From IMG/VR virus record IMGVR_UViG_3300050821_004119, positions 6,312 to 70,311 of that record: DNA of 64,000 nt; one strand, written 5' to 3'. The notes beneath the pieces were generated by a model. That model saw only the letters and a list, made by a program, of their open reading frames with translations, was not told where the DNA came from and made no database searches. Positions 1-9,338 of this stretch are shown here, one piece after another (positions within the stretch are counted from its first letter, which is position 1; every line of letters starts with the position of its first letter). This DNA is from a virus. Made by a program: the position numbers and the translations under genes.

Positions 1-1765
1 GAATAGCCGTCGCCGAAGAACAAATTCGCCTCTCGTTTTTTACTTCGAGGGTTTTAGTAATATCTTCAACAATGCCCGAAAGAGTTTCTGTGATGGGAGA
101 GAGCCCGTCTTTAACTTGCCGTTGTGATCGAAGTAGAATATCGCCAGCTTGTCGGCGGATGCCTTTTTCGTAGATTTCTTGGGCGAATTTGTCAACATGA
201 TTTCTTTGGACCCCCTGGAGTTTATTAATGGTGGAGATGATATCTTCTGAAACCTTCTTGTTAGATGCCTCAGTGATTAACAGAGCAATGCTGACTTCAG
301 CGTACTCAGTGTAAATCTCTTTCATTATTTTGTAGATTAATTTGAAGCGATTTAATGAAAAGTCTCGTTCTGAGATTTTGGAAAGCGTAATCCAAGACTG
401 TGGATTTAAAGCCAGTTCTGCTAAGACGATCATCTCAGCTTGAATATTAACAAGAGATTTATCACCAGTTTCCGTAATATAATCTTCGACCGAATCCTTA
501 GACAGATTTGTCATCGAAGACAAAGAGGAAACACCAAGTTCCCGATTAATAGATTTTACTGAATATGCGAGCAGAAATGGTTTAATCTCATCAATGAGTT
601 TTAGTTTAGATGAAGGAAGTGCAAGATTAATATTTGTAAATCTGGTTTTATACCAAATGATATAGTCGAGAGGAGAGATACTATCACTAGACAAGCGACT
701 AATAAAATTGTCGCTTCCATGATTTCTGATTTCATCTTCAGGTTCGCTTTCTACAATTAGAAATGAGCAATTAATATTTGAAAACTCTGAACACTTTTTC
801 GCGAATTCGAACATTCCTTCTTGCCCGCCGGTATCGCCATCTAGGCAGACTATAAGTTTACTGATTGAATGTTGCTGAAGTACGTCAATTTGATCCTTTG
901 AGATTTTATTGCCACAAAGACCGACAGCAGGAATACCATTCTGTTGACAAGCCAGGACATCGTGGAAGCCCTCGACAACAACAAGAGGGATATCTATGTT
1001 TCTGAGGAGCTTTCTTGCCTTTGCAAAAGCATACAAACGTCCTGCACTTTCGAATAACTTTCCGTCACTGGATGATCCAATATACTTTGGGACATCAGTC
1101 GCTCGTGTGTCAGGTTGCCTTGCGAAGAATCCAAAAACTCGGTCAGATATAGTCCATTGTGGATAAAGTAATCGACCACCAAAAAGTCTTTGATGATTGG
1201 ATAAGCAAGGTTCAATGAATTGGAGCACTTCCCCCGAACAATAATTTTGAATAAATTGCAACGAGGGACAAAAACCCACCTTAAGTGTTCGTAGAATGTC
1301 TTCGGTAATTCCACGCTCAAAAAAGAATTTGAGTTCTTTTGGAGAATTGAAAAGCTGTTCGCTGAAAATATCTGCGACCTGTTCAACGATGTTGTATCCA
1401 TTCTCAATCTCCTGTTCCTCTGGTGTAAGTTCCCGTTGGAACTGTGTTAAGTCAATATTGTAGATTTCAGCGACAAGATTAATCGCCTCGAAGAACGGGA
1501 TATTGTGGATCTTCTCTACAAACGCAAACAAATCTCCGCTAACTCCGCACGAGAAACAACCCCAGACTCCCATCGAACCATCTGTATAGCGCACAAAAGG
1601 CGAAATTGTAAAGGACGGATTGCCATCTGAATGGAACGGACATAGGGTAAGATGTCGACTTCCTTGCTTCTTTGTCTCACCTGTGTACTTCGATATCAAG
1701 TCTACCAAATCAACTGACTGTCTGAGATGATTTTTTACCTCGGACAAATCATTATATCTTCTCAT
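1..1765 (-). CDS. dnaG: DNA primase (DnaG-type) with C-terminal DnaB-like N-domain; probable primase-helicase fusion, truncated at the window edge
   Basis: Manual translation from ATG 1765: MRRYNDLSEVKNHL..CPFHSDGNPSF..WGCFSCG (CHC2 zinc finger), in-frame TOPRIM motifs VVVEGFHD and CLDGD, then QAEMIVLAEL..ERDF..FKLIY (DnaB N-terminal-like). Absent from the ORF track, consistent with no stop before the edge. Confidence 0.9.
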   Translation of the reverse strand, partial: MRRYNDLSEVKNHLRQSVDLVDLISKYTGETKKQGSRHLTLCPFHSDGNPSFTISPFVRYTDGSMGVWGCFSCGVSGDLFAFVEKIHNIPFFEAINLVAEIYNIDLTQFQRELTPEEQEIENGYNIVEQVADIFSEQLFNSPKELKFFFERGITEDILRTLKVGFCPSLQFIQNYCSGEVLQFIEPCLSNHQRLFGGRLLYPQWTISDRVFGFFARQPDTRATDVPKYIGSSSDGKLFESAGRLYAFAKARKLLRNIDIPLVVVEGFHDVLACQQNGIPAVGLCGNKISKDQIDVLQQHSISKLIVCLDGDTGGQEGMFEFAKKCSEFSNINCSFLIVESEPEDEIRNHGSDNFISRLSSDSISPLDYIIWYKTRFTNINLALPSSKLKLIDEIKPFLLAYSVKSINRELGVSSLSSMTNLSKDSVEDYITETGDKSLVNIQAEMIVLAELALNPQSWITLSKISERDFSLNRFKLIYKIMKEIYTEYAEVSIALLITEASNKKVSEDIISTINKLQGVQRNHVDKFAQEIYEKGIRRQAGDILLRSQRQVKDGLSPITETLSGIVEDITKTLEVKNERRICSSATAI

Positions 1766-1934
1766 TCAAAACTTTTTCGTTAGCTCTTAAGTATTTGATA
1801 TATTTCAAATGCAAATCGGCAGCTTCTAATGCTATTGTTCCATAATATCTGGTATCATTGTCTTCAGGATCACGTAGAAACGTTGATGCTACGATTCTCA
1901 GACATGCAACTTCTAAAGATTCTTGATCGTTCAT
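1752..1934 (-). CDS. hypothetical protein
   Basis: 60-aa ORF with AGGAG RBS, overlapping the primase start. Confidence 0.6.
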   Translation of the reverse strand: MNDQESLEVACLRIVASTFLRDPEDNDTRYYGTIALEAADLHLKYIKYLRANEKVLNEKI

Positions 1935-1995
1935 AAATTCTCCTAATAATGTCGATTACAGCCGCGCCCATGTGAGCACCACCAACAAGAGGTAA

Positions 1996-2187
1996 TCATT
2001 CTATTTCCCTCATTCTTAATTCAAGTGAAATTCCCTCAGGTTTGACGTTACCTAGCTTCAAGACAGGGATTTCACCTATTCTTGCTTCGATGCGTTCTTG
2101 TTGCTGGTCGCCAAGTTCCTGAAGAATCTCTTGTTTATTTTTGATTCGTTGTAAGAACTGTTGCGAATCTCCACGTTTACTCTTCAT
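1996..2187 (-). CDS. hypothetical protein
   Basis: 63-aa ORF co-oriented with the operon. Confidence 0.5.
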   Translation of the reverse strand: MKSKRGDSQQFLQRIKNKQEILQELGDQQQERIEARIGEIPVLKLGNVKPEGISLELRMREIE

Positions 2188-2337
2188 GATTTTTTAGAAA
2201 ATACCAAGCGTTACGCAATACACATTCAATCAATGGTTCAACTCCATACATTTGTGGACGGCGTGTTATAACACTTATATGTTGAAGAAGTTCTTCTTTG
2301 TCCATGTTATGAGGAACGAACATGATATTAGGATTAC

Positions 2338-2592
2338 TCACTTTGAAAACCCTTCATTCTTGACCCAATAATCTGTTCCTGAGAAACACGTTTCGTTCAG
2401 GTAATATACACGAGTTTCTTCTTGTCCACTACAATTGTGATGACTAATAATTGAAGAATCTGGAAAATGCTTTTGGCAAAATATACAGATAAAATAAAAC
2501 TGACCAGTTTCCTTGCCAGTTAATTCTGTGATAACCGGAAAGGATTTACATTGAAAAACCCTACCGTACCAGTAATCCTTGATATTAGCCAT
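2338..2592 (-). CDS. small Cys/His-rich (zinc-finger-like) protein
   Basis: CxxC..HxxC pattern; start overlaps the helicase stop. Confidence 0.6.
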   Translation of the reverse strand: MANIKDYWYGRVFQCKSFPVITELTGKETGQFYFICIFCQKHFPDSSIISHHNCSGQEETRVYYLNETCFSGTDYWVKNEGFSK

Positions 2593-4034
2593 TATCGAAT
2601 TTCCTTAAAATTGAATTTGGACTCATGCTTGTATATGCTGATACGCTTGCGAGTGTGATAGGCGAGCAGGTCTACAGAAGGTTTATAGTCGGCGACTTCA
2701 GCATGTGTTTTGCCAGGCGCATTTCGTAATGTTCTGCCTATGCGCTGATATACTTTGACGCTGGACTTGCCACCTCCTGCCATGTTTAGGGCATCTATGA
2801 CGGGCAAGTCTAGGCCCTCGTCTGCAATACTGGTTCCGATAAGATGTCTTAACTTTCCTGATCGGACATCATTAAAAATCTTTTCTCTATATTCTGAAGA
2901 ATCCTTACCAGAAAGAAAGACAGTTTTTATTCCGCGAGCATTATGCAGCTTTTCGAGAGCAACCCCATGTTTGATCTGGGTAACGAGCGTCAGAATTGTT
3001 CTTCCGGCGTCGTACCATTCACGATTGATCTCAAGAACCTGATGGTGAAAATTAGTATTTTCCGTATAATAACATTTATTTAGAGTATGCCAATTGTCTT
3101 TTGGAGAACATCGTTCCTTTGGTTCGGCCTGTTGATGAACAGTCACGTTCGCAGGCACTAAATATCCCTTGTCAACAAGATCACTGATACCTATATCGAA
3201 TATCCTGGGACCTACAGCGGCTTCTATGAGCAGGTCGGCTCCGTCGTCGCGCCAGTCAGTTGCGGATAGTCCTAGACGCCATGTGGCGTTCTTGCACTTC
3301 TTCATTACCTGTGCGAAGGTGTCTGCAACAATGTGATGCACTTCGTCTACTATAACGACGTTCGCATCTTCGAGAAGTTTAATTACTTCTTCCTTCTTAA
3401 TATTCAAGATTTCTTTTTTGTCTTCTGATTTATCCTCATGAATATCAAGGGCATAGGTAACAGTCTGCATTGTACAAATCGTAATAATATTTGGTTCAAA
3501 TATGCCACCTCCGCAAATACCTACAGCATCGAAATGTAATAGGCCGCGAAGAACTTCAGCAAACTGCTTCAGCAGGTCGATACGATGTACTAGGATAACT
3601 GTGCGACGCTCAAGGCGGCTGACTAGGTGGGAAGAAACGAAAGTTTTGCCTGCGCCGGTAGCCATTCTAATAATTCCACACTTGTTTGTAATCGCTGATC
3701 GAATAGCTTCCTCTTGATACGGTCGAAGAGATAGTGCATCTTCTTTAATAGGATTAAAGAATTCGGGAGGCGATTCGATACGATTATCCCTTATCTGATA
3801 TTCCAATCCATGTAGGTCTAGAAATTGTGTCACTCTTTGAAGCAGACCAGTTTGAAATACCCTGGTGGACGGCGTGATAAGGTACTTCCTTTCAGTCACA
3901 TGTGGGTTAAAAGCCTTTTTGTGCATGAAATCTGGGTCCCTAAAACTGAGTTCCTGCATCAGGATAGTAAAGATTTTTTGATCAATAATGCCAGTTATCT
4001 TGGACATTGTAGGAGTAACGTCAATTATTAACAT
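2592..4034 (-). CDS. SF2 DEAD/DEAH-box helicase (UvsW/ResIII-like)
   Basis: LRPYQ Q-motif, ATGAGKT, DEVHH, LSAT, EGLDLP, QRIGR. Start placed at ATG 4034, overlapping the upstream stop. Confidence 0.92.
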   Translation of the reverse strand: MLIIDVTPTMSKITGIIDQKIFTILMQELSFRDPDFMHKKAFNPHVTERKYLITPSTRVFQTGLLQRVTQFLDLHGLEYQIRDNRIESPPEFFNPIKEDALSLRPYQEEAIRSAITNKCGIIRMATGAGKTFVSSHLVSRLERRTVILVHRIDLLKQFAEVLRGLLHFDAVGICGGGIFEPNIITICTMQTVTYALDIHEDKSEDKKEILNIKKEEVIKLLEDANVVIVDEVHHIVADTFAQVMKKCKNATWRLGLSATDWRDDGADLLIEAAVGPRIFDIGISDLVDKGYLVPANVTVHQQAEPKERCSPKDNWHTLNKCYYTENTNFHHQVLEINREWYDAGRTILTLVTQIKHGVALEKLHNARGIKTVFLSGKDSSEYREKIFNDVRSGKLRHLIGTSIADEGLDLPVIDALNMAGGGKSSVKVYQRIGRTLRNAPGKTHAEVADYKPSVDLLAYHTRKRISIYKHESKFNFKEIR

Positions 4035-4396
4035 TAAGTATCTTCCATTATCGTTTGATATGCAGTCAACACTCTTGAACACGTCTCATATTTAGATTTA
4101 CAACCACTTGCTGCTTTTTCAAGGTAATCACGAGCAGCAATCCTAATTTTATCCGTTCCAGCAGAGTAACGCACAGCTCCCCATAAACCAATAAGATAAG
4201 AATATGTTGAACCATAGAAGGCTAATAGGCGAATTAACTTCGCTACATTTTCTTTACTAGGTCCAGAATCAGGAATATCTTGTTGTTCATCATCAATCAG
4301 ATATTGAATCTCATCCAATAGTGCAGGAAAGGCATTATCAACATAGGATAATACATTATTGGTGTTGACTAAACCCCTAGCCGAACGAGCATTCAT
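4034..4396 (-). CDS. hypothetical helical protein (possible UvsY-like recombination mediator)
   Basis: 120 aa, next to the helicase/RecA/RuvC genes; function inferred from synteny only. Confidence 0.5.
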   Translation of the reverse strand: MNARSARGLVNTNNVLSYVDNAFPALLDEIQYLIDDEQQDIPDSGPSKENVAKLIRLLAFYGSTYSYLIGLWGAVRYSAGTDKIRIAARDYLEKAASGCKSKYETCSRVLTAYQTIMEDT

Positions 4397-4911
4397 AACT
4401 TGCGTTTCACCGCATCGAATAGAATATCTAATCCAGATGGATTACCCTGAACAACGGCATAAATACTTCGTTGAGATTTCAAAAGTTGTAACATTTCATT
4501 ATCTAGTGCCTGGGCTTGTAATTCTGTTTGACTACGACCAGCAGGATTGTAAATCTTTGTTCGCTCTATAAAAATGTCATAATGATTTTGAGATTCATGT
4601 AAGTCTGTAATCAGTGAACGCAGATTATATTCGTTTGGTTTTATATATAATGTTTGTAATAACAACGGAGAGTCTGTGACAATTGCTTGAACCTTGCCGA
4701 TCAATCTGTGTAGTCGATGACTTTGTTCTCCTAAAACATAAACCTGATTAGATAAGGCATGTTGTCTGCCTTCCCATGTTAAATCCTTAGCAAACTCAGT
4801 AACCAACTCTACATTAAAACCGTCTGTTTTCAATTTAAAAAATAAACCAGCGGCCATTGTAGACTTACCAGCACCAGGTCCAGCAAATAGATTTACAACT
4901 AATGTATTCAT
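4393..4911 (-). CDS. P-loop ATPase/kinase (NadR/AAA_28-like)
   Basis: NLFAGPGAGKST Walker A, ELVTEFAKDLTWE, VTDSPLL, YNPAGR. Confidence 0.8.
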   Translation of the reverse strand: MNTLVVNLFAGPGAGKSTMAAGLFFKLKTDGFNVELVTEFAKDLTWEGRQHALSNQVYVLGEQSHRLHRLIGKVQAIVTDSPLLLQTLYIKPNEYNLRSLITDLHESQNHYDIFIERTKIYNPAGRSQTELQAQALDNEMLQLLKSQRSIYAVVQGNPSGLDILFDAVKRKL

Positions 4912-5069
4912 CGTTTACCATAATCTATAACAATTTTCTTCTCTTTATACATCTTGAAAACATTTAGAAGATCGTCATAATCTTCAGGAAACATAAAATT
5001 ACCACGCGTAACAACTTCATATTCAAGATTATATTGCTGAAGTTTGTTAATTAATTCCTTAACCTTCAT
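4908..5069 (-). CDS. small hypothetical protein (53 aa, MKVKELINKLQQY...)
   Basis: Manual translation; ATGA overlaps at both ends. Confidence 0.55.
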   Translation of the reverse strand: MKVKELINKLQQYNLEYEVVTRGNFMFPEDYDDLLNVFKMYKEKKIVIDYGKR

Positions 5070-5575
5070 GATACTTTCTTCTTTGCAGGCTTCTTAGGAG
5101 CCTTTAGTTCAAATTCACCCTTGAGAATAGCTTCACCACATTTGGCAAGTATGAAAGCATCGCATTCATCCTGTGAAGGAAAATCAATTTGCCACTTCTT
5201 ATAGACAGCCAATGCCAAATCAGCTTTACCCTTAGATTTTCCACCTTTAGGCGTTTTTATCTCAAGGAAGCGTTTCATCGTTGTTGAGGCAACTGTAATA
5301 AACGGAATATTTTTCTCAATACAAACTCTTTGAATTATGTATTGAACCATACCGCTCTCAGCAACTCCAAACTTAGCAGCAAATGCAAGACCTTCATGAA
5401 CAACTAAGTCAATGTTATTCTCAATGTCTTCGTTTAATCTTTGTTCTAATGAATATAAACGATAGGCATTGTTGTCATGTTCAGCGGCACTAATTTTCCA
5501 AGTATTATATCCCGTTTCATAAATGAGACATAGTGCCATATTGGTTAAGCCGGGATCAATTCCAAGAATTTTCAT
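5066..5575 (-). CDS. ruvC: RuvC-like Holliday junction resolvase
   Basis: ILGIDPG, VVHEG, K..ADL, QDECDAF acidic catalytic motifs. Confidence 0.88.
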   Translation of the reverse strand: MKILGIDPGLTNMALCLIYETGYNTWKISAAEHDNNAYRLYSLEQRLNEDIENNIDLVVHEGLAFAAKFGVAESGMVQYIIQRVCIEKNIPFITVASTTMKRFLEIKTPKGGKSKGKADLALAVYKKWQIDFPSQDECDAFILAKCGEAILKGEFELKAPKKPAKKKVS

Positions 5576-6633
5576 AAAAAACCATTTGCTAATCTCTCTA
5601 GCTCTGTAATCGCATCTTGATTACTACGAATCTCTTCTTTGAATTTATCAATTCCGTTCGCCCTGATCTCTTCAACATCACCTTCGACGACGTACGGCAA
5701 CACATATATATTTCCAGTCTTCGTCTCTTTGAAGTCGCTACCATTTAATACAAGAAATGAAAGGATATCTGTAATCTTATCGAAACCAATCTTGTAATCA
5801 AGGTGAAGTTCAATGGGTGCAGAAATCGCTTTAATCTTTGATTTCTTTGTTTCGACTTTCATGTCGTGAGACATTGGATTACCATCTTCATCCTTATTAA
5901 AATGCAATGCTGTTACCCAGGTCTTTGTTGTTGCAGAATACTTTAGGGCTTCCCCACCAGCCCCATAACGAGGGTCACCGAAAGACATGCCAGGCTTTAG
6001 CCGGAGTTGATTGATCCAAAACAGGGTTACTCCACGTCTTCCAGCACTCGCAACGAGGCGAGGGAGCCATAACGAACCAACTCTTGCAAGCGCCGCCATT
6101 CCGACGGCTTTTGTTGCGCTACCACCCCAAGAGTCATAAGTGATTGTGTCAACAATCTTTAAACGATTATTGAACACGAATTCATTTTTCACCTCTTCAT
6201 AACCCATTAAATTCATGGCGATCAAACAGGCTTCTTCTGCTGTCTCTGGTCGAATTATAATAAGGCGATCAGGATCACAATTTACTCCAAGCATTTCAAA
6301 GAACTGAATATTTGCTGTGTGCTCCAAATCAATAAGGGCATGAATAGAAGAGGGATGCGATCTCTGATAGGTTCCGACAGAAGCAAGAGCAATACTAGTT
6401 TTGCCACTTCCGGGAGCACCTTCAAGAACATGGAGTCTGCCTTTCGCCCATCCGCCTAAGCCTAGAGCCTTATCTACAGAGTAAAATCCTGAGGAAAATG
6501 TTTCAATGTGTTTAATCGCTAAGGGGTCAGGAACAGAAAGCGGAGAGGTTAGTTTTGCTATCCTCTCTCGCATATTGTCCGCAGTATTGTCGGAGAGAGC
6601 AGTTACGCTCTCTCCTTTCTTTGGACGTGCCAT
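5572..6633 (-). CDS. recA: RecA/UvsX-like recombinase
   Basis: SSG..SVDKALGLGG, GAPGSGKT, IDLEH, INQLR, FGDP..GGEALKY. Confidence 0.92.
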   Translation of the reverse strand: MARPKKGESVTALSDNTADNMRERIAKLTSPLSVPDPLAIKHIETFSSGFYSVDKALGLGGWAKGRLHVLEGAPGSGKTSIALASVGTYQRSHPSSIHALIDLEHTANIQFFEMLGVNCDPDRLIIIRPETAEEACLIAMNLMGYEEVKNEFVFNNRLKIVDTITYDSWGGSATKAVGMAALARVGSLWLPRLVASAGRRGVTLFWINQLRLKPGMSFGDPRYGAGGEALKYSATTKTWVTALHFNKDEDGNPMSHDMKVETKKSKIKAISAPIELHLDYKIGFDKITDILSFLVLNGSDFKETKTGNIYVLPYVVEGDVEEIRANGIDKFKEEIRSNQDAITELERLANGFL

Positions 6634-6903
6634 TAATCACCAAGTTTCAATTGACAATCAGCTTGAGTACACTTGTCGTTGACTAAACGATGTCCCAATA
6701 GTGTTGTTTTTTCTCCACATAAGCATTCTTCAATTAGAGATGCTTCACATCCTTCGCAAATCTCACTCATGTGTATAACACCACGATAAGACCACGGCAT
6801 TCAATAGAATCTACTGAATCTCGACATCCTTTAACTTGTGCTTCTACGAAGGATTCAGGATTATATTTACCAAGTTCTGTAATTAAATCTGAAACTGTCA
6901 TGA

Positions 6904-8373
6904 CTAAACTCCTATTGCCTGGGCAACTGCATCATTACCCTGTTCGGCGAAAGCAATGATCTGTGTGAGAGAATCGACATCATTAATCTGTCGCACCGTA
7001 CGTACTGTTCCATCCGGGAAGAACAACTTCAAAAACTGCATTATGTTCGCCGGATTCTTGAATACCGGAAGAGACATAAGAAGTTTTGTAAGAGTCGCCC
7101 GATGTAAATCAACTGTACTAACATCTGCTGTAGTTATCGGATGATGTTCAACTACTGGAGCCGCCACAACAACCGCGCCTTGGCCCGGCAGTTTAGGAAG
7201 ACCTGGGAGAATTGGTTTCACGACGACTGGTTCAACCGGCGGGCCAGCAAGAACCAATGTAGCTGCTGTAACGATCTCAGGCGTTAGATTATACCCAGCA
7301 TACTGATCTTCTTCTGCATCTACAATGAATTGTAGATATTCAGAGTTCAGCATTTCAACTCCCCAGGGATCAAGAACCTTAGAAGCCGTTTCATAAGCTG
7401 AAACAGTCTTCACCGGAGCCGGAGGAGCCGGAAGTTGACCAATTGCAGGAACCTTAGTAATCTCTGGGTTTAATTCAGCGACCGGAATTGTCGTATTCTT
7501 ACCGCTGCCAGCAGGACGACCGCGTTTCTTCGGCTCATTGCCTGACTGCATCGTTATCTGCTTCACAGGAACTGCCGTAGCGACCGGAGTCACATTACGA
7601 ATACCTGGAAGTGTCGGAGGAGCCTGAAGCGCAACCGTAGGGGCCGCAATAGCCTGTACGCGCGGATTCGGGACATGTTGTCCAACATTATCGCTTGCCG
7701 ATTTCAATGCCGCCTTAGCCTGAGAGTTATTATACCACTCTTCTTGTTGTTGTGGCGTAGTCAGCGGATTCGGATAGAACTTGCGGAAGTCGATAAGCAT
7801 CGGCGATTCATTATCGCCGTACTCAGCTTGCGCCGGAAATTCCTCAAGATTAATTTCAGCTTCAAGAACATCAGAGATTGCCGTGCAATTGTACTTCGTG
7901 TTGTACTGGCCTTCTCCGGTCTTAATAATCATCCAATCAACTGCCCAAAGCTGATTCTTCTCATATCCAAGAAGTGAAAGCTGTTCGCCCATGTTCTTCC
8001 ACAGGGACAATTTCATATTCAAGCCGAGAATAAAACTCTCAGCATATGTCTTTTCCTTGGCGTTAATACCCTGGTAAACAACGACGTTTATGAAATTCTC
8101 ATACGTTGTATCCCAAGCAAGCAAGCTTTCATGAAAAATACAGGCATTACGAATGCCGATACAATCGCAAGGGCGCTTACCGATCACAGCGGCTACGTCG
8201 TCAGGCGGAAAGTGCTTCGCTTTGTCCCAAGTGCCGTTAGCGTAGATGCTGTCCGCGAGGATAGCAGGGGCAATCTGTGGGGCAAGGATGCGTATGCGAA
8301 CGGGAACATCCTTCTCCAACTTGAGAAGCGGAAGGGGCTTAGATTCTGAAAGTTCTTCTACGGTCCATGCCAT
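6904..8373 (-). CDS. probable ssDNA-binding protein (gp32-like N-domain) with long Pro/Ala-rich extension and AT-hook
   Basis: IRIL, CDC..C..H, KTGEGQYNTKY motifs; adjacent to recA; KKRGRP AT-hook. Confidence 0.55.
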   Translation of the reverse strand: MAWTVEELSESKPLPLLKLEKDVPVRIRILAPQIAPAILADSIYANGTWDKAKHFPPDDVAAVIGKRPCDCIGIRNACIFHESLLAWDTTYENFINVVVYQGINAKEKTYAESFILGLNMKLSLWKNMGEQLSLLGYEKNQLWAVDWMIIKTGEGQYNTKYNCTAISDVLEAEINLEEFPAQAEYGDNESPMLIDFRKFYPNPLTTPQQQEEWYNNSQAKAALKSASDNVGQHVPNPRVQAIAAPTVALQAPPTLPGIRNVTPVATAVPVKQITMQSGNEPKKRGRPAGSGKNTTIPVAELNPEITKVPAIGQLPAPPAPVKTVSAYETASKVLDPWGVEMLNSEYLQFIVDAEEDQYAGYNLTPEIVTAATLVLAGPPVEPVVVKPILPGLPKLPGQGAVVVAAPVVEHHPITTADVSTVDLHRATLTKLLMSLPVFKNPANIMQFLKLFFPDGTVRTVRQINDVDSLTQIIAFAEQGNDAVAQAIGV

Positions 8374-8420
8374 TAGAAATTCTCCTGTTTAGTGCTTACA
8401 CTAAGTATATTGGTAAAAGA

Positions 8421-8921
8421 CTAGGAATTCTCTTGTGCCGGTGTTTCGACTATTTGAATGCGATTTTTTGGGACTGAAATCCATTTGCTGATACCATCAA
8501 CACCCTGCCCAACGGCAACCACACGGCGCAATAAGGTTTGTTCCACACCCATAATCAAAAGCTGAATCATTTGTGGTAGCTGGAAATATCCTTCAACATC
8601 TTTGAAATGATTACTCAGTAAATCAATATCTTGGTCGTTATTATAATCACCAACTGGATAAGAAAGATTATCATTAAAACAAAGAGCAATAGCATCGCAT
8701 TTACTAACGCGTGTATCAACTAAGGTATTCTCAAAACTTAAATTCTTGATATAACCACCAATAATTATAATTCCAACTTTTTTGTTTTGAAGAATAAAAG
8801 TATGCGGACGAGGTAATTCCTGTTCATGGTCGCACAATAATTTTTGAAGATTAGCGTCTTTCGCTAATATTGATGTTGGTCCCTCAACTGAGGGATAGAT
8901 TACTTTCGTATCAACGCGCAT
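8421..8921 (-). CDS. hypothetical protein
   Basis: 166-aa ORF with GAGGAG RBS. Confidence 0.7.
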   Translation of the reverse strand: MRVDTKVIYPSVEGPTSILAKDANLQKLLCDHEQELPRPHTFILQNKKVGIIIIGGYIKNLSFENTLVDTRVSKCDAIALCFNDNLSYPVGDYNNDQDIDLLSNHFKDVEGYFQLPQMIQLLIMGVEQTLLRRVVAVGQGVDGISKWISVPKNRIQIVETPAQENS

Positions 8922-9071
8922 TACGTTCTTTCTCCTCTAAAAACTTAAGAACAATTTCAGCTCTAGCCCACTTTGATGATAAATCGCGATCAATAGGAGT
9001 TTCCACACCAGGTTGTTGGAAACTGTTCTGAATCGTAATAACCTTACGGTTCTGCCGATCTTTCTTTCCCA

Positions 9072-9338
9072 TTATTGAATTGCGATCTTAATTGGAACAC
9101 CTAATGCATGCAATTGTTGGATCAATAAAGAAAGTTCCTGTTCCCAGAAATATTTCTCTCCATCAGTTTCTGCAACACGCACAAGGCGACGTGTTTCAGT
9201 AATACGATCATTAAGTTCGTTAGATTGTGACTGAATCTCGGACGGAGTTGAAGCAACGAACTTCTCAACTGGAGTTTGATTTGTTGCTTCATTATTACCT
9301 GCATAACCTTGATGCCATGCTGCTGGATCAGGAAACAT
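9072..9338 (-). CDS. hypothetical protein
   Basis: 88-aa ORF coupled to the upstream nuclease gene. Confidence 0.6.
   Translation of the reverse strand: MFPDPAAWHQGYAGNNEATNQTPVEKFVASTPSEIQSQSNELNDRITETRRLVRVAETDGEKYFWEQELSLLIQQLHALGVPIKIAIQ

Noticed and set aside
994-1407. 137-aa ORF from the track
   Set aside because: It is an alternative frame inside the primase gene; the primase frame carries the conserved motifs.
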